This document shows, in pieces, positions 8,349 through 17,560 of a stretch of 64,000 nucleotides of DNA. Position 1 is the stretch's first letter, and each line of letters begins with the position of its first letter. The position numbers and the translations under genes are program-made. Source of the DNA: Thermotogota bacterium (GTDB lineage Bacteria; Thermotogota; Thermotogae; MWEM01); NCBI GenBank assembly GCA_036743375.1, contig DAINPP010000009.1, positions 1,030 to 65,029 of the forward strand, given 5' to 3'. The notes beneath the pieces were generated by a model. It was not told where the DNA came from and made no database searches. It saw only the letters and a list, made by a program, of their open reading frames with translations.

Positions 8349-9605
8349 TTAAAACAGCTCTCTGTTTATCTTCTTAATGGCGTTGTTGATAATCTGATCG
8401 GCCGGCATATCCACAAGATAGATCGGTTCGGTAAGATCCGTTGTCATGACGTCCTGCACTTCCGTTGTCTTTGAAATCAGTGCCGGAGGAACACTGTTCG
8501 GAACAGCCTCAGCATAGGCTTTCATCATCGGATTGGCCTCCAAAATTGGCTGGAACAGTTCATTGGTCGTCAGATCGGCTCTAACGGGCGGAAGACCTGT
8601 TATATCAAACCACAGTTCATCATGTTTCGGATCTGAATAGACCCATTTCATAAATTCCCATGCCGCTTCTTTATGCCTTGAATCTTTAAACATGACCATC
8701 CCTTTTGTATCGGCAAATGTCTTTATCGCCTGATCTTCCGGATAGCTATCCGGAACGGGCGGGTATGCCAGGATGATTTCAGAGGGAAAGATCTCCGGGA
8801 AAAGATTTTCAGCAGAAGGAATTTCCCATGGCCCCATCAGCTGACCCGCCAATCGGCCTGTGTAAAGTGGATTGTCCATCATGTCCATTGAAGTCCAGCC
8901 ATTGTCAAACAACTTCTGTCCATATTCAACAACTGCGTTACCGGCTTCATCGTTGAAGACCGCCTTGTTCTTTTTTGTGTCGATATACGGATGACCGTTA
9001 CTCGCCGCATAATAAAGCGTGATAAAATCATACCATCTGTCCCACCAGTTTTTCCCCTTCAGGTATTCGACAACGTAGACCTCTTTCGGCTTACAGATTT
9101 TTTCTGCCAGTTCATAAACTTCGCTGTAGGTTCTCGGAGGTGTGTCAAATCCCGCTTCGGCGAGCATGTCCTTTCTCCACCAGAAAAGCATCGGATTTGA
9201 ATAAATCGGAAAGACATATGACTTTCCCGAAAATTCCCAACCTTTGACGGCCTCTTCCATCCTTCTCGCGGCAAGGAGCTGATCAAAATCACTGAAATCG
9301 CTGAGCGGCACAAGCTGATCCGCTTCTATCAGCTGAGCGGCAAATCCACTGAATATGTTGGTACAGAGATCGGGGGCCTGTCCCGTAACGATGGCCGTTA
9401 ATATTGCCTCTTCAGAACTTCCCGATGCAGGAATGGTCTTCCATTCTATCTCTATCTCAGGATGAACACCTTTCCATTCTTCCAGAATTGCCTTCCAGAA
9501 TTGTTCCTGATACATGTTCGGGGCCGTCCACAACACTAATTTCTCCGCCAGTACCGGCGTTAACAACATTACCAAGAGAATAAGAATCACAAGATATTTC
9601 TTCAC
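8349..9605 (-). CDS. Sugar ABC transporter solute-binding protein (family 1)
   Basis: Signal peptide MKKYLVILILLVMLLTPVLA, family-1 SBP features (AIVTGQAPD, YVFPIYSNPMLFWWRKD, AAWEFMKW). GTG start at 9605 behind GGAGG. Confidence 0.92.
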   Translation of the reverse strand: MKKYLVILILLVMLLTPVLAEKLVLWTAPNMYQEQFWKAILEEWKGVHPEIEIEWKTIPASGSSEEAILTAIVTGQAPDLCTNIFSGFAAQLIEADQLVPLSDFSDFDQLLAARRMEEAVKGWEFSGKSYVFPIYSNPMLFWWRKDMLAEAGFDTPPRTYSEVYELAEKICKPKEVYVVEYLKGKNWWDRWYDFITLYYAASNGHPYIDTKKNKAVFNDEAGNAVVEYGQKLFDNGWTSMDMMDNPLYTGRLAGQLMGPWEIPSAENLFPEIFPSEIILAYPPVPDSYPEDQAIKTFADTKGMVMFKDSRHKEAAWEFMKWVYSDPKHDELWFDITGLPPVRADLTTNELFQPILEANPMMKAYAEAVPNSVPPALISKTTEVQDVMTTDLTEPIYLVDMPADQIINNAIKKINRELF

Positions 9606-9630
9606 CCGCAACACCTCCATATGTGTTAAG

Positions 9631-10629
9631 CTAAAGACTGCTGTCTCTTTTTATAAAACTCGTGTGCAATGAGATCTTTATCGGATGTACATTCTCATCG
9701 TACAGGAGTTGCCTGATACGCTCAACCGCGAGATCACCCATCTCATATCTGTAAACCTTCACAGTAGACAGGGAAGGGGACATCGTCGATGCAAACACGG
9801 CATCATCAAAACCCGCCAGGGCTATTTCATCCGGGACCTTATAACCCGCCTTATGAAAAAAAGTCATAATCTTCTTTGCCATACTGTCATTTCCGGCAAA
9901 AATACAATCCGGCATCCCCTCATTCTTAAAGATCTGCGGAAGCAGTAGATTAAAATCATCGTTGATATCATCACATTGAAAGGTCCTCGGGAAGAACCCA
10001 TATTGCTTCATGGCATCACGATACCCTTCATATCGGTCCTTGAATCCGTAATGCAGAAGTGGTCCATGGATATGAAAGATTCTGCTGTATCCCTCTTCTA
10101 TCAGATGGGTAACACAACTAACGGCCCCATCATATCCATTTGATACCACACTGTCCACACTGCACCCCTTCAGATGCTGATCGACGAGTATAAAAGTCTT
10201 TTCACATGCCCGGAATAACAGAACATCTTCTTCGGTCACATCCCCACCTATCAGAAGAAATGCATCATAGTCGGAACTGATCTGCTTTCTCTGGTCTTCA
10301 AGCATGAGTATGTTAACGGTCATATTCAACTTGCCGGCCTTTTCCTTTATCCCTCTGAAAACCGTCGTATAAAAACCATCTCCAAGAAAATCCCTGCCGT
10401 CATTTTTCTCATAGTTCAGTATTCTTTCACTGAATACCGCCCCAATTCTGAAATTTTTTCTCCTTGCAAGGCCTGAAGCGGTTTTTGACGGGGTATATTC
10501 AAGTTCCTCTATCACCTTCTGTACAATCTTTCTCGTCTCTTCGGAAACATATCCCTTTCCGCTGATTACCCTCGAAACGGTGGCGGTAGATACGCCGGCA
10601 AGTCTGGCTACATCATTTATACTTGACAT
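9631..10629 (-). CDS. LacI family transcriptional regulator
   Basis: N-terminal HTH SINDVARLAGVSTATVSRVI, hinge YTPSKTASGL, C-terminal VPDEIALAGFDD. Confidence 0.95.
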   Translation of the reverse strand: MSSINDVARLAGVSTATVSRVISGKGYVSEETRKIVQKVIEELEYTPSKTASGLARRKNFRIGAVFSERILNYEKNDGRDFLGDGFYTTVFRGIKEKAGKLNMTVNILMLEDQRKQISSDYDAFLLIGGDVTEEDVLLFRACEKTFILVDQHLKGCSVDSVVSNGYDGAVSCVTHLIEEGYSRIFHIHGPLLHYGFKDRYEGYRDAMKQYGFFPRTFQCDDINDDFNLLLPQIFKNEGMPDCIFAGNDSMAKKIMTFFHKAGYKVPDEIALAGFDDAVFASTMSPSLSTVKVYRYEMGDLAVERIRQLLYDENVHPIKISLHTSFIKRDSSL

Positions 10630-10644
10630 ATTCCCTCCTGTATA

Positions 10645-10658
10645 TGTAAACGCTTACA
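10645..10658. promoter_or_regulatory. LacI-type operator TGTAAACGCTTACA
   Basis: Near-palindrome with CG centre; on the minus strand it directly follows an extended -10 (TGTGTATAAT) upstream of the LacI gene. Confidence 0.8.
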
Positions 10659-10945
10659 CAATTATACACAAATAAAAAAGGCTATTCTATTCTTTTTTCA
10701 ACGATTTATCATAAATTATAACTGATTATAACCATTTATATAAATATTTCTTCTTATTTGGGAATATTATGAATGATATAAGCTTCTTTCTTTATATTGC
10801 ATCTTATTTCTTTGATATTCATCAATATTCTTCCAAAAAATAAGTTTTTCGAATCTAATGAACGATATCGAATCAATTTCTGACTATTTTGTTGGATATG
10901 AGTGTTTGCCGAAATCATAGGCAGAGTTATATCATGTTTATGTTG

Positions 10946-10959
10946 TGAAAGCGTTTACA
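10946..10959. promoter_or_regulatory. LacI-type operator TGAAAGCGTTTACA
   Basis: Same motif as 10645-10658 (reverse complement differs at one position), about 30 bp upstream of the divergent 10990 gene. Confidence 0.78.
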
Positions 10960-10989
10960 TATTTTGGCTATATTAAGGAGGAATTTGAA

Positions 10990-12342
10990 ATGAAGAAGAA
11001 TCGTATTGCTATCGTTTTATTCATCATTATTGCGGTCTGTCTGACTTTTGCGGAGACAGTCGAACTCCGGGTTAATGCGGAAACACTCACCGGTGATCCG
11101 GTTGCATACCGAATCTATATGTACGAAGCACTCGAACTGATCCCCGAAGATTTTGATGCCAATTGGGATTCCCTCAGGGTCTTTGATGCGGAGGAAAATG
11201 AAATTCCCTATCAGATCGACGATCTTGACGGAAACGGCAAACTGTCAGCACATGATATGCTCAGTTTCTTCATGACAGGAACGGCAAAAATGGTTATCAG
11301 TGATGATCTCTCATTGGATAGACCTGAATACGACGCAGTTCTCAGCGTAAACGAAGTAGATGGAGAATTCATCGTTACTGGCGGAGAACTCGATGCTGAA
11401 GTAAAGATCGACAATCATGGATTTGCAAATTACGTTAATTACAGGAATTTTGAAGAAGCCGTATACACCGAACTCGGAATCATGAGAATAGCCGGTTGGA
11501 AAGGCAGCACATTCTGGGCCGATGGGCAGCTTGGGAACAAACATGAAGAAAAGACTTCCTATAATTTTAAGGTGAATGAAATGGAATTCGTCAATTCCGG
11601 TCCCGTTGGTGCCACTTTTGTTTCCGATCTCGAATCAGAGACATTTATAGGCGTTCATCAGATCCTTATCACACAGGTCATGGCAAATGGCGAATGTTTT
11701 GTGGAATCCAATATCATCTTTGAAACCTACACGGATCTCATGAAATTACAGGAGATGTCCACAAAGGCGCTCACAAGCGTAGATATGGAGACACTCAAGC
11801 ATATCATGCCCCTGCCGAGAAGACTTGTATGGGCGGAACAGCTCAATTCAAGCTCATTTGATTACTGGAACGACAGAGAGGCTATAGAAATCGTGAATGG
11901 ACAGCCTTATGTCTGTTTTGATGCACTCGATGCCATGAAACCACTCTGGTGGGGAGCAACCTACATCTACTCCTCCCCGGAAAGCTGGAGGGGAAATTAC
12001 TCTGAAGATCTCGGTGCCTGTGCTTATTCCATTTCCGTTGAAAAGCCGCTTGTATATGCCAATTTCAACGATTTTGTCATGGGCAACACATGGGTATACG
12101 AAAGTAGAGAGTTCAGAGATGGTCTCTTCAGGTGGATGCCCGCGGAATTCAATGCCTTTGAGACAACCGAGGGAAACGTTTCAACGGATACCGTTGACTG
12201 TGTCGCTCATTTCTTCCCGGGAGATAACGTCGTATTCAGAAAGGTGTACGGATTCACCGATGGTTTCGCCAACACAGCGGATGCCATAGGATATCTTGAA
12301 GCAAGGGCAGTGGAGATCGAATCGATCACACTTGCGGAATAA
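10990..12342 (+). CDS. Secreted protein of unknown function (N-terminal segment resembles DUF4861-type proteins)
   Basis: SD AAGGAGG then ATG 10990; signal peptide ending CLTFA; motif LRVFDAEENEIPYQIDDLDGNG (DxDGNG Ca-binding-like); aromatic-rich beta-type C-terminus. Confidence 0.75.
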   Translation: MKKNRIAIVLFIIIAVCLTFAETVELRVNAETLTGDPVAYRIYMYEALELIPEDFDANWDSLRVFDAEENEIPYQIDDLDGNGKLSAHDMLSFFMTGTAKMVISDDLSLDRPEYDAVLSVNEVDGEFIVTGGELDAEVKIDNHGFANYVNYRNFEEAVYTELGIMRIAGWKGSTFWADGQLGNKHEEKTSYNFKVNEMEFVNSGPVGATFVSDLESETFIGVHQILITQVMANGECFVESNIIFETYTDLMKLQEMSTKALTSVDMETLKHIMPLPRRLVWAEQLNSSSFDYWNDREAIEIVNGQPYVCFDALDAMKPLWWGATYIYSSPESWRGNYSEDLGACAYSISVEKPLVYANFNDFVMGNTWVYESREFRDGLFRWMPAEFNAFETTEGNVSTDTVDCVAHFFPGDNVVFRKVYGFTDGFANTADAIGYLEARAVEIESITLAE

Positions 12343-12379
12343 CGTCCAAATTTTGCGATAAATTAAGAAAAACGGGAGG

Positions 12380-12420
12380 AAAAAAAAGGGGGATATCTTC
12401 TCTTCATCCCCCCCTTTTTC
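12380..12420 (+). terminator. Intrinsic terminator
   Basis: AAAAAGGGGGAT...ATCCCCCCCTTTTT stem plus T tract after the 10990 gene. Confidence 0.6.
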
Positions 12421-12585
12421 GTTATACCCACCTTTTTAAACAATCTATTGCTTTATGATTATAGATGTTAGAAGTCACATTATGAAGCATTCCGCTGTAT
12501 TAAGCAGGACTTTTCATCGGCCAATGATGTTCTGTCGAGCAGCGGGAATCTTATCACTTAAGGTAAGCTGGAGGGAAATCAACCT

Positions 12586-14886
12586 ATGAAAATCAAGAAA
12601 ATTCTGATTCTGACACTGACAGTTCTTCTGACAACGGCCGCTTTTTCAGCTGTTTTTCCTCAAAGGGAATCCCATCTCATGTTCCTCAGAAAAGAAATGT
12701 CCGTCGAAGGCAACCTGAAGACAGGTTATATCATCTATGCAGATAAAAGGGAAGGCAGATATGTGCATACCGACGCCGGGAGTGAAGGAATCTCATGTGT
12801 CGATGATACGGCCAGAGCGGGTATTTATTTCCTGAACATGTATGAAAACACAAGGGAAAAAGACAGTCATGCCGCACAGAGATACCGGGAACTCTTCCTT
12901 GAAACCCTTGATTTCTGCGATGCATTCAGAACCCGAACAGGGGATTATTATAATTTCATCTTTGAAAACGGTGAAATCAACAAAAGGGGAATCACAAGCA
13001 GAACCTCTGCAAACTGGTGGGCCTTGAGGGCTTTATGGCTACTGTCACAGTCTTTAACCGTCATTGAAGATTCCGAAGATTTCAACACGGAGAAGATTTA
13101 TGATGAGGCGGAGCAGACTGCAACCCTGTTTGTTCAGGAGCTTGATGCGACCGGGCTGATCAGGGGATACGCCGATCTTTCCGCGCTTTATGTCATATCA
13201 CTTGCCAACCTCTACGAATTTTCAGGAGAATCAAAATGGCTTGAGTTGATCCGTCAGGTCAGCGATGGTCTGCTCGGTAAAAGAGCCCATTTTATCTTCG
13301 ATGGGATCATCGACGAGGGAACGGAGAAATTTATTTTTCACAGCTGGGGAAGCAGGCAGGTTCAAGCTCTCGCAATGGCATTTACAGCCACACACGACGA
13401 CAAATACCTTGAGGCGGCAAAAGACATGGCCGATTCTCTGTACACTCACATGATCAACCTCGGGCCTTTCTATGATTATGATACAGAAAATTTCAACCTG
13501 TTTTCACAGATCGCCTATGGAACGGAAGCCGCTGTGACCTCGCTTTATCAACTGTATCAGATCACAGGGGATGAAGCGTATGCCTGGCTTCTCGCACTCA
13601 ACGCGGGGTTTTTCAGCGGGAATAATCAGCTGCAAAGGGCCATGACAGGAGAAAATGGGGAAGGCTATGACGGACTCGAGAAGGTCTTCATCAACACGAA
13701 TTCCGGTGCGGAATCCACCATCTCCTATCTACTTTCCATGTCTCTTGTAGACAGATTACCCGAAACCATTCGAAGATTTGCTGAAATGAAGCCGGTTCAT
13801 CAATCCGAACCGCTCCTGATAGAAGCGGAAAACATGGATTCAGGATTATCGAGTTGCGATACCGAGAACATAAACGGATTCAACGGTGTATCGGGCCGTT
13901 CATTCAAGCTGAAGGAAACCTTTACACTTAATCGGGGTACCTATGATATCTTCCTGTTTGGAACAGGGCTGAAGGATTCTGAGATCAAATTCTATCTGGG
14001 TAAAGAAACCATAGGAAAAAATATCCTGTCCGATACGGATCATTATCTCGGCAGAATAAAAAACACAGCGGATGAGGAAGTCAGAATCATTTTTTCAGGT
14101 AAATCGGAAGAAAAAATCTTTCTCAATCAGATCTTATGCCTGCCCGTCATCGAATATCAGGTGTTCAATGTTAACGGCATTAATTACCTTGCCGCATTCA
14201 ACACCTCTGATGAAGAGATGGAATTTAACTATCAGCCGATTGAAAAAAAGGGGTATCTCCTCTCGGAAGCCAATTTCGATATTGATGAAAAAGAGACTGC
14301 TGAGCAATCCGTCTATGAAGTCGGTTCAACCGAAGTCCATTCCGGATATATCGTTCTTAAACTGAATGCCTTCATGGATAACAACGGCATAGGCATGCCG
14401 GTTAATCCCGGAAATTACGATAATCTCGGAGGAAAGGCGGGGGCTTATTATCCGGAGGAAAAAATTCGCGGACTGCTTACAGGTGGCTTCCTGTATCCTG
14501 ACGGTATTCCTTTCAGGATCTTACTGGAAGAAAACGACAATCTCATCGCCGGTGGACAACGCTTGATGATAAACGAGACCGGAACGACACTTTATGTTTT
14601 CGGAAGCTGCGATCACGGTAGTTTTAACGGTGATCTTGAAATAGGCTATTCTGATGGTGAAAGAGAATATACCTCATTGAGTTTCCCTGACTGGTGTTCT
14701 GAGATCCGGGATGAAGATTCTATCGCTCTTCAGGTGCCATACAGATACGATTCCAGCGACCTTGAGGAGTGGATAGCGCCAAAGATCGCGATATGCAAAA
14801 TCCCACTGAAGGGAAAGAAGATCGAATCGATCACAATACCTGAAATTCCGACAATGCATCTTTTCGGAATAACACTCGGAAAATAA
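12586..14886 (+). CDS. Secreted multidomain putative glycoside hydrolase: six-hairpin (alpha/alpha)6-like domain + CBM-like + C-terminal beta domain
   Basis: Signal peptide; motifs EGISCVDDTARA, WWALRALW, SWGSRQ, QIAYG, GYDGL, NSGAESTISYLLS; then LLIEAEN (CBM6/35-like start) and DNNG...NYDNLG...YYPEE...GIPF...PDW, reminiscent of alpha-mannosidase accessory domains. Confidence 0.65.
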   Translation: MKIKKILILTLTVLLTTAAFSAVFPQRESHLMFLRKEMSVEGNLKTGYIIYADKREGRYVHTDAGSEGISCVDDTARAGIYFLNMYENTREKDSHAAQRYRELFLETLDFCDAFRTRTGDYYNFIFENGEINKRGITSRTSANWWALRALWLLSQSLTVIEDSEDFNTEKIYDEAEQTATLFVQELDATGLIRGYADLSALYVISLANLYEFSGESKWLELIRQVSDGLLGKRAHFIFDGIIDEGTEKFIFHSWGSRQVQALAMAFTATHDDKYLEAAKDMADSLYTHMINLGPFYDYDTENFNLFSQIAYGTEAAVTSLYQLYQITGDEAYAWLLALNAGFFSGNNQLQRAMTGENGEGYDGLEKVFINTNSGAESTISYLLSMSLVDRLPETIRRFAEMKPVHQSEPLLIEAENMDSGLSSCDTENINGFNGVSGRSFKLKETFTLNRGTYDIFLFGTGLKDSEIKFYLGKETIGKNILSDTDHYLGRIKNTADEEVRIIFSGKSEEKIFLNQILCLPVIEYQVFNVNGINYLAAFNTSDEEMEFNYQPIEKKGYLLSEANFDIDEKETAEQSVYEVGSTEVHSGYIVLKLNAFMDNNGIGMPVNPGNYDNLGGKAGAYYPEEKIRGLLTGGFLYPDGIPFRILLEENDNLIAGGQRLMINETGTTLYVFGSCDHGSFNGDLEIGYSDGEREYTSLSFPDWCSEIRDEDSIALQVPYRYDSSDLEEWIAPKIAICKIPLKGKKIESITIPEIPTMHLFGITLGK

Positions 14887-14897
14887 AATCGAAGATG

Positions 14898-14950
14898 ATG
14901 AAAAATGGCTGAAAACGAATACGCTCCGTTCTCAGCCGTTTTTTCATTTT
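14898..14950. terminator. Bidirectional terminator between convergent genes
   Basis: ATGAAAAATGGCTGAAAACG...CGTTCTCAGCCGTTTTTTCAT imperfect stem flanked by A and T tracts. Confidence 0.65.
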
Positions 14951-16050
14951 TTAAATCCGAGAATTGCATCCACAATCTTATCCGATGCATCCCCGTCCCC
15001 AAAAGGATTTGAAGCAATGGACATGGCCCTGTAAAGATAATCATTTCTGATGAGTTCGGAAGCGTGTTTATAGACACTTTCAGTATCGGTTCCTATCAAT
15101 TTGGCCACTCCGGAACTGACAGCCTCAGGCCTTTCAGTCGTTTCCCTGAGTACGAGAACCGGTTTTCCAAGTGCAGGTGCCTCTTCCTGTACACCGCCGG
15201 AATCACTCAGGATGAACTGACAACCGTTCATGAGGGCTACAAACTCCAGATATTCAACGGGATCCAGCAGTATGGTACGTTCCACATCTTTTAATTCCGG
15301 ATAGACAACATCCCGAACAGCGGGATTATAATGAACCGGAAAAACGAGATAATAGTCTTCATTCTCTTCAAGAAGTCTTTTAACGGCCTTCATGGTAGAT
15401 CTCATCTTCTCACCGTGATTTTCCCTCCTATGCATGGTCATGAGTATATATTTCTTTTCTTTCAGATCATATTTATCGATATAGGATTCAAGGACATTCT
15501 TTTTATTTTTAATAACCCACATCAGTGCATCGATAACCGTGTTCCCCGTGATCGAAATACGTTCCTCTTTCACCAGCTCTCTGAGAAGGTTATCCTTCGA
15601 CTTCTGTGTGGGGGCAAAGTGCAGAGTAGCCAGTTTTGAAGTCATACACCGGTTCATCTCCTCCGGAAAGGGATCGTACATCTCAAAAGATCTCAAACCG
15701 GCTTCCACATGCCCGACAGGGACTTTGTTATAAAATCCGATCAGAGAGCCGACAAAGGTAGAAGTTGTATCCCCCTGCGTCAAAAGCCAGTCAAATTCCC
15801 CTTCCCTGATGATCTCATCAAGAGCCGAAGAGAGTCTCCCGGTCAGTCCGGCAAGTGTCTGCCTGTCTTTCATGATATTTAGATCGTAATCCGGTTTTAT
15901 TCCAAACAGCTCCAGTACCTGGTCCAGCATCTCCCGATGCTGAGCCGTGGCAATCACCTGTGCCTCCACCCCTCTCTCTATCAACTTGTGATATAACGGA
16001 GCCATCTTGATGGCTTCAGGTCTTGTACCAAATATCAATCCTACTCTCAA
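14944..16050 (-). CDS. wecB: UDP-N-acetylglucosamine 2-epimerase (non-hydrolysing)
   Basis: IFGTRPEAIKMAP, QHREML, QGDTT, HVEAGLRS, PFPEEMNR, SDSGGVQEEAP, NPFGDGDAS. Confidence 0.96.
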   Translation of the reverse strand: MRVGLIFGTRPEAIKMAPLYHKLIERGVEAQVIATAQHREMLDQVLELFGIKPDYDLNIMKDRQTLAGLTGRLSSALDEIIREGEFDWLLTQGDTTSTFVGSLIGFYNKVPVGHVEAGLRSFEMYDPFPEEMNRCMTSKLATLHFAPTQKSKDNLLRELVKEERISITGNTVIDALMWVIKNKKNVLESYIDKYDLKEKKYILMTMHRRENHGEKMRSTMKAVKRLLEENEDYYLVFPVHYNPAVRDVVYPELKDVERTILLDPVEYLEFVALMNGCQFILSDSGGVQEEAPALGKPVLVLRETTERPEAVSSGVAKLIGTDTESVYKHASELIRNDYLYRAMSIASNPFGDGDASDKIVDAILGFKK

Positions 16051-17468
16051 ACCTCTCCCCCCTCTGATTTTTCTCTTATAAATCTGAAGCAGTTCATATC
16101 GTCACAATTCATAGAAATTCCCTTTTTTTCAAGCCGTTCAAGTGATTCACGTCCGGCGGGATCCGTATACTTGGCCAGATAGGTGGCACTGTGGAGATGA
16201 AGACATTTTAATCCCTTCTGATCTCTTATGCCTCCGATTCCCGCTTCAAGCGCCTGCGCATAGTTCCTGATAAATTCTTCCCCGTTTCTATCCGAGAGGT
16301 ATATCCTGCTCTTTCTGTGTTCTGCGTATTCCACGTTCACCTTGGCATATTCATCCGTATCCTTTAACGGATCCAGTTCACTGATCTGACCGGATTCCTC
16401 CATTTGGGCCAGATGATATTTCAGATGCGGGCAGATCATGTAAAAAGTAGTAGGAAACGGATTTGAGTCCTTGACAGGGTAGCTCTCTATCACCTGAGGA
16501 AATCCATATTTGCATCGCTTTGAACATCTGTAGAAGTTTTCGGGAACCTCTTTCTTTTCCATTTGTCCCGGAATAACCGTCCGATCCATCTTGGAACGGT
16601 TGTATTCATAAACATAAACGACGGATTTTTCCATTGGCACTTCTCCATCGAACAGGGTTGTAAATCCCTGATTCAGCAGGCGGCTGTTCCAGTTGTTAAG
16701 TGAACAGGGAATGGTTGTCTGAAGATATTCACAGTCGTAGCCCTTTGCATATTGTTCAACCATCGGAAGGACATCAGCCATCCAATCTCCCGGTTCCGTC
16801 ATGAGACAGATGGAGAAATTCTCCCGTTCATGTTCGTGCACACCCGCAATCAGTTTGCCTTCATCACATTCAAACAGGAATTTGTTTTCAAGGCAATCGA
16901 GTGAGGGATAAAGCGTCCAGCAATCTATCGCATAATCGCCGGCAGCGAAGAGAAACTTTGAAAATTCATTCTTCCGTCTCGCAATCTCTTCCGGAAAAAT
17001 TGGTCTCACTTTCACCTTAGATTCATCGACTTCCGACACCGTATCGGCAATACGTTTCTCAAAGAAATAAAATGCATTCTTCCTGTCAAAGCAGTATTTT
17101 TCAGCAATATGCATGCTTTCTCCGGACTCTGAAAAGATCAGAGAAAACAAACGGGTAGCACCCGTAAACATTACCGCTTTCATTATTTCGATCATCATGA
17201 GTTTGCCGAGACCTTTTCCGGTATACTCCGGATCAACACGTAGCCCTTCAAGATAGGCATCCTTTCCGTAGATCGTCGCATGATTGACCGCACAGACTTT
17301 ATTGTTATCCATATCCTTCACTATCAGTAGCGGATCTGTTGTATTCATCCATTTGTCCAGAATATACGGGATATAATCATCCCCGTCCCAGATCTTTGAA
17401 GAAAGTTTCAATATTCCTTCAATATCTGACACCGACGGTTTCATCACTTTAAAATTCATCATCATCAC
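16047..17468 (-). CDS. GNAT N-acetyltransferase fused to a C-terminal DUF501 domain
   Basis: N-terminus WDGDDYIP...YLEGLRVDPEYTGKGLGK (acetyl-CoA motif A). C-terminus RCKYGFPQVI...PFPTTFYMICP...GIGG...KCLHLH (DUF501 signatures). Confidence 0.85.
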   Translation of the reverse strand: MMMMNFKVMKPSVSDIEGILKLSSKIWDGDDYIPYILDKWMNTTDPLLIVKDMDNNKVCAVNHATIYGKDAYLEGLRVDPEYTGKGLGKLMMIEIMKAVMFTGATRLFSLIFSESGESMHIAEKYCFDRKNAFYFFEKRIADTVSEVDESKVKVRPIFPEEIARRKNEFSKFLFAAGDYAIDCWTLYPSLDCLENKFLFECDEGKLIAGVHEHERENFSICLMTEPGDWMADVLPMVEQYAKGYDCEYLQTTIPCSLNNWNSRLLNQGFTTLFDGEVPMEKSVVYVYEYNRSKMDRTVIPGQMEKKEVPENFYRCSKRCKYGFPQVIESYPVKDSNPFPTTFYMICPHLKYHLAQMEESGQISELDPLKDTDEYAKVNVEYAEHRKSRIYLSDRNGEEFIRNYAQALEAGIGGIRDQKGLKCLHLHSATYLAKYTDPAGRESLERLEKKGISMNCDDMNCFRFIREKSEGGEV

Positions 17469-17514
17469 CTCACAGAAGCATTGTAATCTCTCTTGTCAGG
17501 AGTATTGTATCATG

Positions 17515-17545
17515 AAAAAAGGACACCTTGAAGGTGTCCTTTTTT
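17515..17545 (-). terminator. Intrinsic terminator after the response regulator
   Basis: AAAAAA-GGACACCTT-g-AAGGTGTCC-TTTTTT perfect stem with tracts on both sides. Confidence 0.85.
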
Positions 17546-17560
17546 ATGACGTTTTACCGC

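Noticed and set aside
10660-10940. Very AT-rich stretch as a possible foreign insertion or small ORF
   Set aside because: It is explained as a divergent promoter region bounded by two LacI operators; the 22-codon minus-strand ORF has no SD.
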